Below are positions 25,830 to 39,253 of a stretch of DNA of 64,000 bases, piece by piece (position 1 is the stretch's first letter; every line of letters begins with the position of its first letter). The notes beneath the pieces are model-generated. The model saw nothing but the letters and a program-made list of their open reading frames with translations, had not been told where the DNA came from and did no database searches. The stretch is from assembly GCA_013239625.1 (NCBI GenBank), contig MU053561.1:3054283-3118282 (forward strand). Reading direction: 5' to 3'. A program made the position numbers and the translations under genes. Origin of the DNA: Lama guanicoe. Its lineage: Eukaryota.

Positions 25830-27879
25830 GACCCAGTGTTCCAACATCTCAGTGCACAGGTCTCTTTTACAAAAGACCTGAGAGCAGGCACTTTTTCGGG
25901 GCAGGGCATTAAGGGAGGTGAGCTGTCAGAGTGGAGATGCTGTCCTTCTCTTCTGGGGGATGGAGTGGGGACTCTGTGGGTTGAGCTGAGATCTTTTAAG
26001 TCCAAAAGGCTAGAATTGAGGGATTTACCAAATCAAAGGGGGCAGAAGCAGATAAAAGATCCTGGGTACAAAATCAGGAATTTGAGGCCAGATGAGAGCA
26101 AATACCCAGTGGGCTGAAAGTCAAGCCCTTATCGGCTGCTGTGGTTCATGGGTGGGTCAGCTGAGCTCTTAGCAAAGGGCTGAAGGCTGGCCATCTCCCG
26201 AGGCCAGTCCCTCAGCTCTCCCACCACACTCTTCCATCCCTGGGGTCCAGCCATGGAAGAAAGACATGTCACTACCAGGGTTTTCCCTCCCAACTGTAAC
26301 TATGCAAATCCTAAGCCACATTTCTATCTCTAAAGGCTCTCACACCTGAAGGAATTGCGGGTTTTAAATGCTGTCCTCTCTCCCTGGGCTGTAGCCAGCA
26401 TCACACTTGACAGAGGAGCTACCATTGTTAGCTGTGTTCCAAATGTAGTGATGGCGGTTTCTTTGTAGTGATACACTGAAAGCCTCCCTCACAAATCGAT
26501 TCCTCTTGGGCAACGGGCAAGGCACCCCTGTGATGGGCTGCATTCAGGAGGTAAAGCAGGACCGGTGGAAGGTGGGGTGCCTTGGCCACCTTTCCTTCAC
26601 AGCTCCCAGACCGACTGCAGGTGCCTGAGAGCAGGGAGAGACGGCTGGCTGCCGGAGCTAAGGTGGGCAGATCTGGATAAGGGGCCTGACCACTCCTGTT
26701 TGTTTTTTAAATGGAGCATGACCCTAACCATTTAAAAATAGCATCGGCCTGATTCAGAAGTAGAATTAGTGACAAAATGTGGGCATAAAATTGGTCTTCC
26801 GAGTTTCCCAAGCAGGAGGCTTGGCAGGCACCTGCCCTGTGTCTGATGGGTCTCACCCATGCACTTCTGTGCTGCAGTGGGAATACTGTGCTCCTGGGCT
26901 CTGCGAGGCTTAAATGGAGCCTCAAGTCACTGTAGACTGCAGCAGGGACCCAGGTACCTTCTGGGATGCGTCGGGGCTGTCTGCACCCCCGCGAGCGGCA
27001 GACTCTGGTCGTGGACACGTTCTTTATTCTCTCACAGGCACATAGGGTGACCTCCAAGGCGTTCCTGGTGTCAGACTGTTCCTGGGGGAAGGGATGAGGT
27101 GACAGAGGGTTGGGATTCCACTGGCGCTGCCCCAGCTGCACCCTGAAGGCCAGCAATTCAAGTGCCCAACAGATGACACGCAGCTGTGAGGCATTTGTTG
27201 TGGAGACAGAGTCACAGATGGGTTCGTGGCCATCCTGCTGAGCTGTTCTCTCGCACGATTTTCACAGGGGTGAGGGTAAGAGGAGCTGGAGCTATAAATA
27301 AGCTAAGTCCCGGGCAGCCGCTGTCCAGGGCGCTGGCTTTGTGAGCGTGAACACACTGGCTGAGAGCAGTGGCAGGTGGCAGGGGCTCCCTGGAGGGGAG
27401 GGCTGGGGCCCTTTCCTTCCGACCCTGGGGTCTGGAGGCCCTCTCCCCTCCTCCTTGGCACGTGGAGGCACAGCAGGCTGGTACAGCTACCGGCCTGACC
27501 CATTCTCCTCAGTCACATATTATCATTCAGATTATTAATATTAATATTGTTATTAATTATCTCCTGACTCGGACGGAGCTCATAGAGGTCTACTGATGTC
27601 AGGCAGCCCTGGACCGGGTTTAGAAACGCTCCTGCATGATAGATGTCTCCACTTCAGGGCTCCTGTCAGCCTGCCGCCACGTGACCCTGAGATGCTCCCT
27701 CTTTGATTTTGTCCTTAGAGACGGGCAACTCTGGGGGAGTTGTTGGACTGCACTTCTGGGCCGTGCACGAAGCAGCAGCAGGTGGGAGGAGAGGCAGGTA
27801 TCGGGAGAGACCTGAACCACGGGCCTAGGGAAGAGGACACTTTGTTGTTGCAGGAGCCAACAAAATCCCACAGGCACTG

Positions 27880-28200
27880 ACACTTTGGCTCAGCAAAGTG
27901 TCCCACGTCTAACACTCTATCCTAAAAACATGTTGGCAAGACACTTTAAAATGCTTCTCAAGGCCGTTCATTGAATCACTCTTTAAAGAGTAAAGGACAA
28001 AATGAATCACATGTCCATTGAAAGGGAAGTGATGGAAGGCACTGTGACATAGCCACTTAGTGGAACACCACGCAGCTGCGAAAAGGAATCAAGACAGTTC
28101 TAGGCACTGCTGTGCAGTTATCTCTTGGATACAATGTTAAGTTAGGGGAAATAAAGTATAGCATTTTATCTTCTGACTAAGAAAAGGGGGATGCGAATAC
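27880..28200 (+). mobile_element. Ancient L1M fragment
   Basis: Degenerate L1 3' motifs (atgtccattgaaaggga, gcagctgcgaaaaggaat). Confidence 0.5.
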
Positions 28201-28711
28201 TTCCACACATTTGCTAATTTTTTTAATGGAAACATAAATCATAAATGAAAAGATGATGAATGGAGGAGAGAGTGGACAGGGGAGAAGGGGCTGTGAATCA
28301 GGGGTGAACTGACTGAAAAGGTAATAAAGCTCATGCTTCAGGACCCCTCGCATGTACAGATCTTTTTCAAGGCTCTAGAGAAGCCCTAGCAATTTCGCAT
28401 TCTTTTTCTTAAAGAGGCATAAGAATTTACATGCAATTCCTTCTTTAGACAGCGTCTATTGTGCCTCAGTTGCAGGAGATGCCCAACAGTGCTTGTTGGA
28501 TGTATGCACAGAATAGAAGACCCTGGTGGGGAGTTAGCCCCACCATTGTGTCGCTTCTGATCCTAGTTCTGACAGCCTGGAGAAACAGGGAAGAGCCCGC
28601 CTCCTCTCCATGCACCCTCTACCCAGCCTTCATATATTTGAACACAGAATATCCTCTTCTCTGTTAATCTCAATGACTCTTCCTCATGATAAATCATTGG
28701 GATCTCATTTC

Positions 28712-28840
28712 TTTTTTTTTTTTTTGTATTTTTGGTGGGGGGAAGGGAATTAAGTTTTTCTTAAAATGGAGTTTCTGGAAATTGAACCCAGGACCTTGTG
28801 CACACTAAGCACACACTGTGCCCCGGGCTATACCCTCCCC
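28712..28840 (-). mobile_element. Vic-1-like SINE
   Basis: attgaacccaggaccttgtgcacactaagc; TSD tgggatctcatttc / tgggatttcttttc. Confidence 0.85.
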
Positions 28841-31439
28841 TGGGATTTCTTTTCAATTCCAATCTTTTCCTCTGAACAAGCTTCAGTTTTTCTAGAACTG
28901 GTAAGGAAGGCACACACTAAAATGAGACCTGCTTCAAAACAGTCTTCAGAATACAAATGCATGAGGGTGTTACCTGAGAAGACTAACCCTGCAGTTTCTG
29001 GCCATCAAAGTTCGTCTCAGCATACCCATTTCTCTCCTTCATTCCTTCCTCCATTCATCTATTCATTTATTCAATAACATTTATTTGGCACCTGTTACCT
29101 GCTGGCACTAAATCAACTCTGGGGCATACAGAAGTGCATAAAGTCTGTCCTCTTCTAACTTCAGAAAACTTTAAAAATTAGAGCCACTAAGTGAAAAAAA
29201 GGCTTTGAGATATTGGCCAGGGTAGTTTTTGCTGCGTAGTCGTGAGCGTGTTATTCAATCTCTGAGCTTCAGGGTCTTGTGTACAGAATGGCGATATCAA
29301 CCACCACTCCAGAGGGTCCTTGTGAGGCCTGCTGGCGTTGCATTTGTAAAGTGCTGATTATAGTGACTGGAATGTGGCTGCTCAGTGAGTTAACATTCTT
29401 TCCCTTCTGAAGACCTCACTGTTGGGCTGTTAGAATCTGTGTAATGGGAGTGGGGGAGTGGGGTCATGGGTTACTTTTGTTGGGAGAGGGTAGGAAGGAA
29501 CGCCGTGCACTGTGCAGGGTGGGGGCACCCTGGGCAGCTGGAGCAGCATGTGGGTTTGGGGCACTTGCCAGCATGAAGGTCAAGTGCAGGGGCCACCAAG
29601 GGTGTGTCTGTGTGTTGAGGCTGAGTGGGGGAGAATGAGGCTGAAAGACAAGCCCTGCCATTTTGCTCAAGACCGGGCTGTGATCTGTGAGCAGTCGGCC
29701 AGGATTGTTTGTTTTGACTAAAATAACCAGTCTCTGGTACTCTGGGACTGTTTTTGTTTGTTTGTTTGTTTGCTTTCCCCTCACTTCAGAACTTACGTTT
29801 GGCTGGGCACAGGTATGAGATCAAACACTGGATCTAAACACGGCACTGTTACCGCGCAGTGGCCACAGAAGCTTGGCTCCAGAAATCCCTCTGGGGCAGG
29901 TCTAGGCTGAGGGCAGCCTCACAGGCAAGCCCGGGGACCCTGACAGTCCCCGGGGTGGGGGGGGCTGGCCCGGAGAGGAAGCCTCTCTGTGACTTTCCCG
30001 CAGTTTGGATGAGGAGGAAGGGGAGAAAGGAACGGAGACTCCGCTCTGGCGCTGGCCTCAGGCTGGCCCGCTGTAAGGAGGGAGGGGCAGGGGCAGGAGG
30101 GGGACAGTGAGAGAAGCCGCTGGCTCCCGGCTCGGGGCAGGACCCACGTCACAGGAAGAGTTTCTCAGGGAAGGTCTCTGTCTTGGCCTTGTGTCCTAAC
30201 CACCCTCCCAACCTCCTCCCACCTCCCCCCACCGCCCCCCACGGGAACCCTCAAAGTCTAGACCCTCCCAGCTTCCGAGCTTGGCCTGATCCAAGCTCCA
30301 GAGCTTGGCCTGAATCTCTTCTCTGGCTCTGTCTGGACCTGGTGTTTGGTCCAGGCCTGCCAGTCTCCCTCCCGACTACATTAGAGACTCACCCCTCTGG
30401 AACTGCCTCTGGTTTCTACCCCCAAATTGGGCCCACCCATCCTCAGGTCCAGTCTGGGCCTCAGACACACAGCAGACAGACCAGACGTCTATCTTTACGT
30501 GGCTTCTGTTTGTGCTGCCTGCTCCCTTCCCTTCTCACCTCTCTGAAGCCCTCTTCCCCTCTCTCTCCTCCCTCTGTCACCGTCCCTGCCCCTCGGTATC
30601 TCCCACTGGGTTCATCCACACAGCAGGCTGAGCCTGGCTCCGTCCATGAGGGGTGGGGGCCCTTGGGCAGTCTGCCCTGAGAGGCCAGCTGGACAGAGCC
30701 TCACGAGGGCCTCGGGAGTCTGCTGCCGAGTGAGTCTGTCCTGACGGGAAAGATGCTTCTCTGGCCTGAAAGCAGGTTGCAGGGTCTCCACGTCTCCACA
30801 GCCACGGCCAGTCTTCCCCACTCCCAGGTGGCAGAAGACCAGTTCTCTCTCCTTCTCTTCCACGCCTTTGCCTCCCGCCACCATAACTACACCAGGGGAA
30901 GGGATCTGAATTCAGCTCATTTCAAAGCAGTTTGAGACAGGCTGCCCGAGGTGAGTTTCCAGGAACCAGCTTTCTTCCAAGGACCACGAAGGCAACATTT
31001 ACATAAATTCTGGGCTCAAGTCTCAAGAGAAGGCAGCAGAAACAAGAGGGGTTGTGTGGCTTCACGTTGTAAGACTTGGACAGGGGACTTTCCTTCTTCA
31101 TCAGTCCATTTACCCACTGGTAAAGTGGGGGAAGTTTTACAGCAGCATAAACAGGTTAACTGAGATGAGGGTTACGTATTGAGCACAGGCAGTAACTGCT
31201 CCATCAATGTGGCTGCCAGGATAATAATTGCCATTACTTAGCCTGTTGTCTGTGAGGCGCTGGGCTATGGCATCAGGAGAGCTTTGTTTCCCTCCACGCC
31301 CCTTTGGCAAGGCTTCCAGGAAGAGGGTGAGGAAGTGGAGATGCTTTAGGGTTCTGTCCTCTGAGGCCCAGGAATGTCACATCAGTTCAGAATGAGCCAT
31401 CCTCCGGCCCTTTTCTTCAGAACCAACGCTAGTCCTGAG

Positions 31440-31650
31440 GAAGATTTAGCTCTGGGTCCAAATCCTGCCTCTTCCCGTAATGATGTGACCAATTTGGGCA
31501 GATTACTCCCCTCTCTGATTCTTTCCCTCTGTATCTGTAAAATCCCTTTCTAATGGGAATGTTTTGAGGATTATATAAGATATTGCCTATAGAAAGGTTA
31601 ACACAGAGCTAGTCTGGCACAAAGTAAGGACTCAATAAACAGTTATAATT
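31440..31650 (+). mobile_element. MIR SINE
   Basis: ctgggtccaaatcctgcctc...atctgtaaaat...gaggattatataagata...ctggcacaaagtaaggactcaataaa. Confidence 0.65.
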
Positions 31651-31724
31651 AGAATTAATTGTCGTTTTAGGGAGCTAGAAGACTTAAGAGATGAGGAATA
31701 TTCAACTCAAAGAAGAAAAGTAGG

Positions 31725-32566
31725 TTTTTTTGATTGAAGTGTAGTTGATTTACAACGTGGTATTAGTTTCAGGCATATAGCAAAGTGATTCAGTTACACG
31801 TACATATACTTTTCATATTCTTTTTCATTATAGGTTATTACAAGATATTGAATATAGTTCCCTGTGCTATACAGTAAATCCTTGTTGCTTATCTACTTTA
31901 TGTATAGTAGTTCCTATCTGTTAATCCCAACTCCTAATTGATCCCTCCCCTCTCCTTTCCCCTCTGGTAACCATAGGTTTGTTTTCTATTTCTGTGAGTC
32001 TCTGTTTTGTAAATAAGTTCATTTATGCCATTTTTTTAGATTCCACATGTAAGTGATATCATATGATATTTGTCTGACTTACTTCATTTAGTATGATAAT
32101 CTCTAGGTCCATCCATGTTGCTGCAAATGGCATTGTTTCATTCTTTTTAATGGCCGAGTAGTATTCCATTGTATATATGTACCACATCTTCTTTATCCAG
32201 TCATCTATAGATGGACATTTAGGTTGCTTCCATGTCTTGGCTATTATAAATAGTGCTTCTATGAACATTCGGGTGTGTGTATCTTTTCAAATTATAGCTT
32301 TCTCCAGATATATGTCTAAGAGTGGAATTGCTGGGTCATAGGGTAACTTTTTTTTAGTTTTTTAAGGAATCTTCATACTGTTTTTCATAATAGCTGCACC
32401 AAACTACCTTCCTACCAAGAGTGTAGGAGGGTTCCCTTTCTCCACACCCTCTCCAGCATTTACTGTTTGTGGTAATGATGATGATGGCCATTCCGACTGG
32501 TGTGAGGTGATACCTCACTGTAGTTTTGAATTACATTTCTCTGATGATAAGTGACATGAAGCATCT
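31725..32566 (-). mobile_element. 5'-truncated L1
   Basis: ORF 32059-32268 is the L1 ORF2 C-terminus ([44 protein letters not shown]); TSD aagaaaagta at 31713 and 32567. Confidence 0.95.
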
Positions 32567-34639
32567 AAGAAAAGTAAATTTCATAATGTGTGCTAACCCT
32601 ATTCTAGGTTTGTGGTCTTTGGCCTGCAAATTCACTGTATCTAAATCCCCCTGGCACTGATTTCTGTTTTCTGGAAAAGAATTTCATGGCGTTTGAGTCT
32701 CAAGCCAATCTTGTCAGAATCGATGTTAATACTCTCATTTTAAAGACGAGAAAACTGAGATTCATTAAGGTGAAGTAGTTTATCAAGGGCCTCATATCTG
32801 GTTACTTAAGAGCCAGGACCTCGATCCGGGTCTCCCTCTGGCACTGACAGGGCCACACAGTGGCTCCACTCCCTCTGACTTCTGGGCCATCCTGCTGCTC
32901 CCCTGACCCAGCATAGCCCCCATCTGATAATGTCACTTCTTCCAAAGGTTCCTCTTTGCTTCAACTTTGCCGTCAGACTAACACTTTGGAAACCTTGAAA
33001 CTGACAAGTTTCAGACCTTATGATTATGAAAAGTCAGAATCCTGCTGGGATTTTCTTGTGTTAAGTCATCCAGCCATTCCACTTGTACAATGAGGAACTG
33101 GTCTACTCCTGGGCACTGGGTCTCTTGACAAAATTCCTGATGCCAATTTATCTCTCACTCCTTTATCTTTTGCCCTCTGGTCTCTCTCTCTCTATTCTAT
33201 TTTTGTAGGTAGAGTGAAAGAATCTCCCAAATCGACAAGATCCTTATCTAATAAACGGGGGAAAAGATGTGTCTCAACAGGGCTCAGAAGTGAACTGACT
33301 TTCCTGCAGGCGGAGACTCCTGCCTAAGATCCATGGGGGCTTCTTAGCTGAGCCTGGAAGTTGCTGGCTTTGTAAAGCAATGTGACATGTTGGCAACGCA
33401 GGAGAATCAATGCTTGGCCTGAATTCAGTGGAGAGAGGCAGAGCCGAGAATGCTGGGAGGGGCTGGCCACCTGATACTTGGGCCCATGGCAGAGCCTCCG
33501 GTGAGGGTCTACGAGGGGCAGAGGGGTGCCGATGGGGAGTGGGCCAGAAGGACACTGCCTCACAGACAGTGTCGGGAGCTGAGCAGCTCACCTTTGGTCA
33601 TCGTTCACCAGATCCAACAGGCATCGCGTGCCTGCATGTTATTGTTCATGTCCTCTGTACTGGGCAACCCCTCCCCCTCCCAGCTCCCACGGCATTTTAC
33701 TTGCAGCTCATCTAAAGCACCTACTTCATTCTTCCTGGTATAATAGTCAGCTTTTTGTGATCTTCCACTGGGTTTTAAGTTTCTTGAGGTCACGGACTGT
33801 GTCTTTCTCGTCTCTGGCCTTTGAGCCTTGCAGGAGTAAGTGCCTCGCATGCATTTGCTGAATAAATGAATTAAGGAATCAATGAACCAGTCAATTGGTT
33901 AGTAAATATTTATCTACTATGGACTCTTATAGGGTTTGGGCAGGATAATCCCTTTTCTGGACTGGAAGCTCCTTAATAGAGCCCACTTTATAAAGAGACT
34001 GTCCTTTGTTACTTGACTGTTCCTTAAAGTAATTGAAGCTCGTAGGCATAACCGTGAAACTGGTTGATGCCAAGGGATTATAATTTGGTCGGTGGGGTTG
34101 AGTGTCTATGCTGTGGTTGAAATGTAAGAGCCTAATTTTCTTTTAGGTCAATGTTTTTGAAAGTTTGAGGAGTTATTTTTGCATGAGCACCAAGTCCTTG
34201 AGTGGCTGGTCATTCTCATTAAGAATCCAGATGATACGCCGCTGGCCCCATGAGAGATGGCCAGTGGGACTGTTTCTTGGGACAGGCTGAAGCTTTCAAC
34301 ACTCTTCCACCTGGTATGGGCTGCTTAGGTTGGCTCAGTCTTTGGAAGTCCTGTTCTTTCCCAACTTGGAAAGATCTAGTTTCCTCGGGTGGGACTCAGG
34401 CTATTGGAATGAACCCCCATGTACAATTTTCACCTTCACCTTGCACCACACCCTGCAGGGAGTGATAGGAAACCACATCCCTTAAGTCACTTTTTGTCTG
34501 GCTATCCTCCCTCTCTTTCCTAATGGATCTTGGGAGGATAAAAATAGAATTTAACTATGCTTGTGCTTTACCAATGTCTGGGTCTTCCTGTAACAGCCAG
34601 TTTGGTAGAAAATTAGTTCTGAAGCTGAATTTTCAAATA

Positions 34640-34870
34640 ACAACCATGTATTGAGTTTTTAATCTGCCAGCCACTGGTAAACACTTTGCATGCATCATCT
34701 TCCTTTAATTCACAAAGCACCACCACAAGGTGTGCATTTTAATTCCTATTTTGCAGATGAAGAAACAGTTCATGAGTTCATGGTACCTGACTCAGAGTCA
34801 CATGGTGATTAAATGGCAGAGCAGGACTTCATCTTGTATTAAACACCAGAGCCTCTCATCATAATCATTG
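34640..34870 (-). mobile_element. MIR SINE
   Basis: attcctattttgcagatgaagaaac...gtcacatggtgattaaatggcagagcagga. Confidence 0.65.
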
Positions 34871-36559
34871 TGTTGCTGGGTACTGTGCCAATGGCTGTGA
34901 ATATCCAAAGATGAGCATCTTCGGCTTCCCAGGATGCTTACGGGGCAAACAGGCCAATTTCACAGGAATGTATCTGAGTCCTTACACCATCAGATGTTCT
35001 TACACAATTGCACTATGAGTTTACCTGGGGTTCCTTGGGCACACCTTCTACGTACCCTGTAATGGTTAACTCAGAGGGAGGCTCAGAGCATCCTTTGTTG
35101 AGACTATTTTTAAAAATTAGGTGCTAGGTTTTTTTGTTTTTGTTTTTTCTCTTTGATGAGCTGAAGGCCCTTAGCTACAAATAGCTTTTCAGAACTGACT
35201 GACCATCCATCCCCAGGGATATCACATGCTGACAGATGTATGTGTTTTCCTGCCCATCTGGCTTTGCCTGAGCACTTATGTTATAGATGTCTGCAGGGAA
35301 TTGTACCCGTTCTCCCAAAGGGACAGCAGGCATGAGACTGGAGCCCCAGTTAAGTTTGGGGAATAGGTCTTCCTACATAGGAAAGGGGTCCTGTGACCTC
35401 AGGTTTGAGTGCGTTGAAAACCAGTGAGGCAGGATGCTCGAGATGTGGAAATATAGCCCCTGAAAGAGATGAGTGACCTTTCACATACTCCTGTCCTTTT
35501 GTCCTGGAGAGAGCGTTCTTCCCAGCAAGTCACCTGACCTATACTGCCTGCCCTCAGTCAGCTCGGTCAGTGGGACTCAACATTCCTTCAAGATATAAGG
35601 TTTAAAACACAACTGCTCCTTGAAAAGATGGACTTCTGTTTGCACCACTAGGAATCCTCCTCGCATTTGTATGGAACTTTACAGTGTGTAAATCATTTGT
35701 GTGACCTCATCTCATTGTGAATGCTCACAGCAGTATGTGGGGTATGCCCTGTTCATATCTCAGTTTATACATAGAGACTGAGAGCAACAGAATTCGAGTG
35801 ACTTGTTTGAGGACAGTAGGTGACAGAACTGAGACCTAGATTTTATGGATCCAAGTCCAGAACTCCTTCCCTGTAGTACAACTGTTTCGGACTTTCTCAT
35901 ACACATACGCTGAGCCATGTGTCCGTTGTCCCAAAGCTAGTCTTGCAAGGAGGAAAAGATGTCCCCAGCCTTAGAACCTAGGAACTTGCAGGTGGCACGT
36001 CTTCTGAAAGGATGCAGGGAGGGGTAGGGAGCATGCTCGGAGAGCTGTGCCAGCTCTACACCCTTGCCAAGGAGTGAGTCTGTTCTTAGTTCATAAAGGG
36101 CCACAGGACCCCCTCCTAGTCCTTAAAGTCTTTAAAAACTTTTTGTTGTTGTTGTTTTATAACTTGCCTGGAGCAGTGAGATGTTTTCTCCAGCTAAGCA
36201 ATAATGGAAGACAGTGAGCAAATGCCCACTCGGCGAACCCACGGGAGCCCTTCTGCGCAGTGGTGTTTACACAGGATGAGATGAGTGCCGTGTGTTGAGT
36301 GGAAGAGCCAGTCCCAGAGGCCGCGCAGCAACTTCTGCTTCTAGGAAGGCGGAGTACGTTTCCCTGTTCCTCCAAGAAGTAGGCTGGAAATTGTATACAA
36401 AACAAACAGAAGATTCTGAGAGTTGAGAGAAGAAGGGCTTTTTTCCCCTCGTATATCTAAGAATGAGTGCTGGAGAAGCTGGCAGCCTGGATATGCCAGT
36501 GGGGACAGACCAAAAAAGCCTGCTCTCCCTACCCAAATGACCAGGGAAAAGGCAACTTG

Positions 36560-38935
36560 CAAGATAGAAAATTTTTAGAAATTAGCTACTCTATGTGAGA
36601 CGAACACCATGGAAGAAATTATAGTTCCCACAACAGCAAATGTCAAATAGAGAGTCTGACCTCTCACATGCCGCAGGTTGTAACAAGGTGCCCCTCCTGC
36701 CCCCACTGGGGTAGCGTCAGGACTCGCGGAGAGTCAGGACTTACATCACTATCCAGCGGAAAAGAGGCCCCCCCCCACAGGGTACCTGTGGTGGCCACGT
36801 GGGGAGCAGTAATGAAGCCATCTGATCTCTCCCAGCCAGGAAGGTGGCTTAGTGGAGGCACAGTGAGGAGCTGGAACTTCCACCTCTGCCCAGCATTGAT
36901 GAGGGACCCCTCCCCTCAAGTGTCAGCAGAGGCCAAGCAGGGAACCTGGTCTTCTTCATCCACCTAACTGTAATGAAGTGGGACCAGCCCCCCAACACCG
37001 CCTTTCCATGCTGGATCAGTGTCAGAGAAAGCCAGTTAAAACAGAAAGCTTCAAAAAGGTCCTGAATTTCACAACTTACTACCCTCAATGTCACTGATTC
37101 AACAGAAATAATTACTCATTATACCACGCACCACGAGGATCTCATACTGAGTAAAAAAAAAAAAAAAGACAATATATGCTAACACTAAGATGATGGAAAC
37201 TATGAATTACATAGCAAAGATTTTAAAGCAGCCATCATAAAGAAAGCAATTATGAACATGCTTCAGACAAATGAAAATACAAAGAAATACAACATCTCAG
37301 CAAAGGAAATAGAAAGTATAAAGAAGAACCAAATGGAAATTTTAGGACTGAAAAATACAATAACTAAATTGAGAAGCTCACTGAATGGGCTCAATAAGAA
37401 AATGGAAGGGAAAGAGGGAAGGATCAATGAACTTGATGATGGAACAACAGAAATTACTCAAATTAGCATCAGTCTAAATAACAAACGTAAAATACACTGA
37501 GAAGAAAATTAACAAGAACTTCCATACTAGGGGGATCATAACAAAGGATCAAATGTTTGTGTCACTGGAGTCCCAGAGGGAGAGGAGAAAAAGGCCAAAC
37601 CTGAAAAAGTACTCAAAGAATAATGACCAAAACTCCCCCAAATCTGGCAAATTCCAAAACCTATAGATTCAAGAAGTGAATTCCAAACAGGATAAAAGCC
37701 CCAAAAAGTTATGCCAAGAAATACCTTAATAAACTTCAGAGAAACTAAAAACAAAGTAAAACATCTTAAAAGCACAGATAGAAACAATACTTTCCTGTAG
37801 GGGAAAAACAGTTCAAATGACAGTGCCTTTCTTATTAGAAACTGTGGGGGCCAGAAGGAAGTGGCACAACATTTCTCAAGCGCTGAAATATGCCAACCCA
37901 GAATCCTGTATCCTAGGAAAATATCCTTCAAGAATGAAGGGAAATGAAGACATTCTCAAGTAAAGTAAAACTAAGGAAATTTATCGCCAGCAGATCTACC
38001 CGAAAAGAATGGCAAAAGGAGGTTTTTAAACATAAGGGAACAAGAAACAAAGGAATCTTGGAACATCAGGAAGACCAGGAGAACATGGTAAGCAAAAACA
38101 CGGGCCAAGATTCCTCTTGAGTCTTCTAATGAGGTTTAATGATGAAGCACAAATTCTAACACTTCTGATGTGGCTCTAAGTATGTAGAGAAAATATCTAA
38201 GAAAAGTATGATTAAAGAATTAAAGAAGGGAGAGTAAAAAGACATAAAAGAAGGTAAGGCTTTTACACTTAACTTGAGTTGGTAAATTTATGGCACTGGT
38301 AGACTGCGATGTTACATGTATATAATAGAATACCAAGAGCAAATCACTAAAAAACCTGTATGAGATACACTCAAAGAAAAGATAGATAAATAAAAGTGAA
38401 AACCTAAAAAATGGTTAAATAACCTATAGGAATGCAGGAAAAGAGAAAACAGAAAACAAAAAATAAAATGAAAAGACTTAAGCCCTAACATATCAATAAT
38501 TACATTGAATGTAAATGGACTGAATACATCAATTAAAAGACAGATTGGCAAAGTAAACAAAATTATTCAACTTTATGCTGTCTACAAGAAACTCACTTCA
38601 AATATAACTATAGGCAGATGAATGTAAAATGATGGGAAAATATTTATCATGCAAATGTTAATAAAAAGAAAGCAGGAATGACCATATCACTATAGGATAA
38701 AGCAGACTTCAGAGCAAATAAAATTACTGGAATCAGAGAGGGATTACATTATAAGAGGGTCAGTCCTCCGAGAAGACATGGAAATCCCAAATGTATATGC
38801 ACCAAGCAACCTAGCTGCGAATTACATAAAGCAACTGATGAAGCTGAAAAGAGAATTGCACAAATCCTCAATTACAGTTGGAGATTTCGGCACCTTTCTC
38901 TCAATGATTGATAGAAAAACTAGATATGTTTTTTA
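36560..38935 (+). mobile_element. Old L1M: 5' region, decayed ORF1 and start of ORF2 (endonuclease)
   Basis: ORF 37252-37500 (IKKNQMEILGLKNTITKLRSSLNGLN...) resembles the L1 ORF1p coiled-coil; ~38490 reads ISIITLNVNGLN, the ORF2 endonuclease N-terminus; the 5' boundary is uncertain. Confidence 0.85.
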
Positions 38936-38944
38936 AAAGAAAAA

Positions 38945-39253
38945 CTAACTTACTTACAAAACAGAAACAGACTCACAGACATAGAAAACAAACTTATGGT
39001 CACCAGGGGGGAAGGGAGTGGGATGGGGTAAATTAAGAGTTCAGGATCTGCAGATACTAACTACTACATATAAAACAGATAAACAACAAGGTCGTACTGT
39101 ATAGCACAGGGAACTATATTCAATATCTCGTAATAGCCTATAATCAGAATATGAAATCGAATATATGTATGTATATGTACGACTGAAACATTATGCTGTA
39201 CACCAGAAATTGACACAACATTGTAACTGATTATACTTCAATTAAAAAAAAAA
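38945..39253 (+). mobile_element. Younger L1 3' end inside the old L1
   Basis: caaaacagaaacagactcacagacatagaaaacaaacttatgg...tatacttcaatt plus poly(A). Confidence 0.9.

Noticed and set aside
30075..30110. G-quadruplex-like G-runs (also ~2314-2343 and ~15335)
   Set aside because: Common in GC-rich mammalian DNA; nothing distinctive
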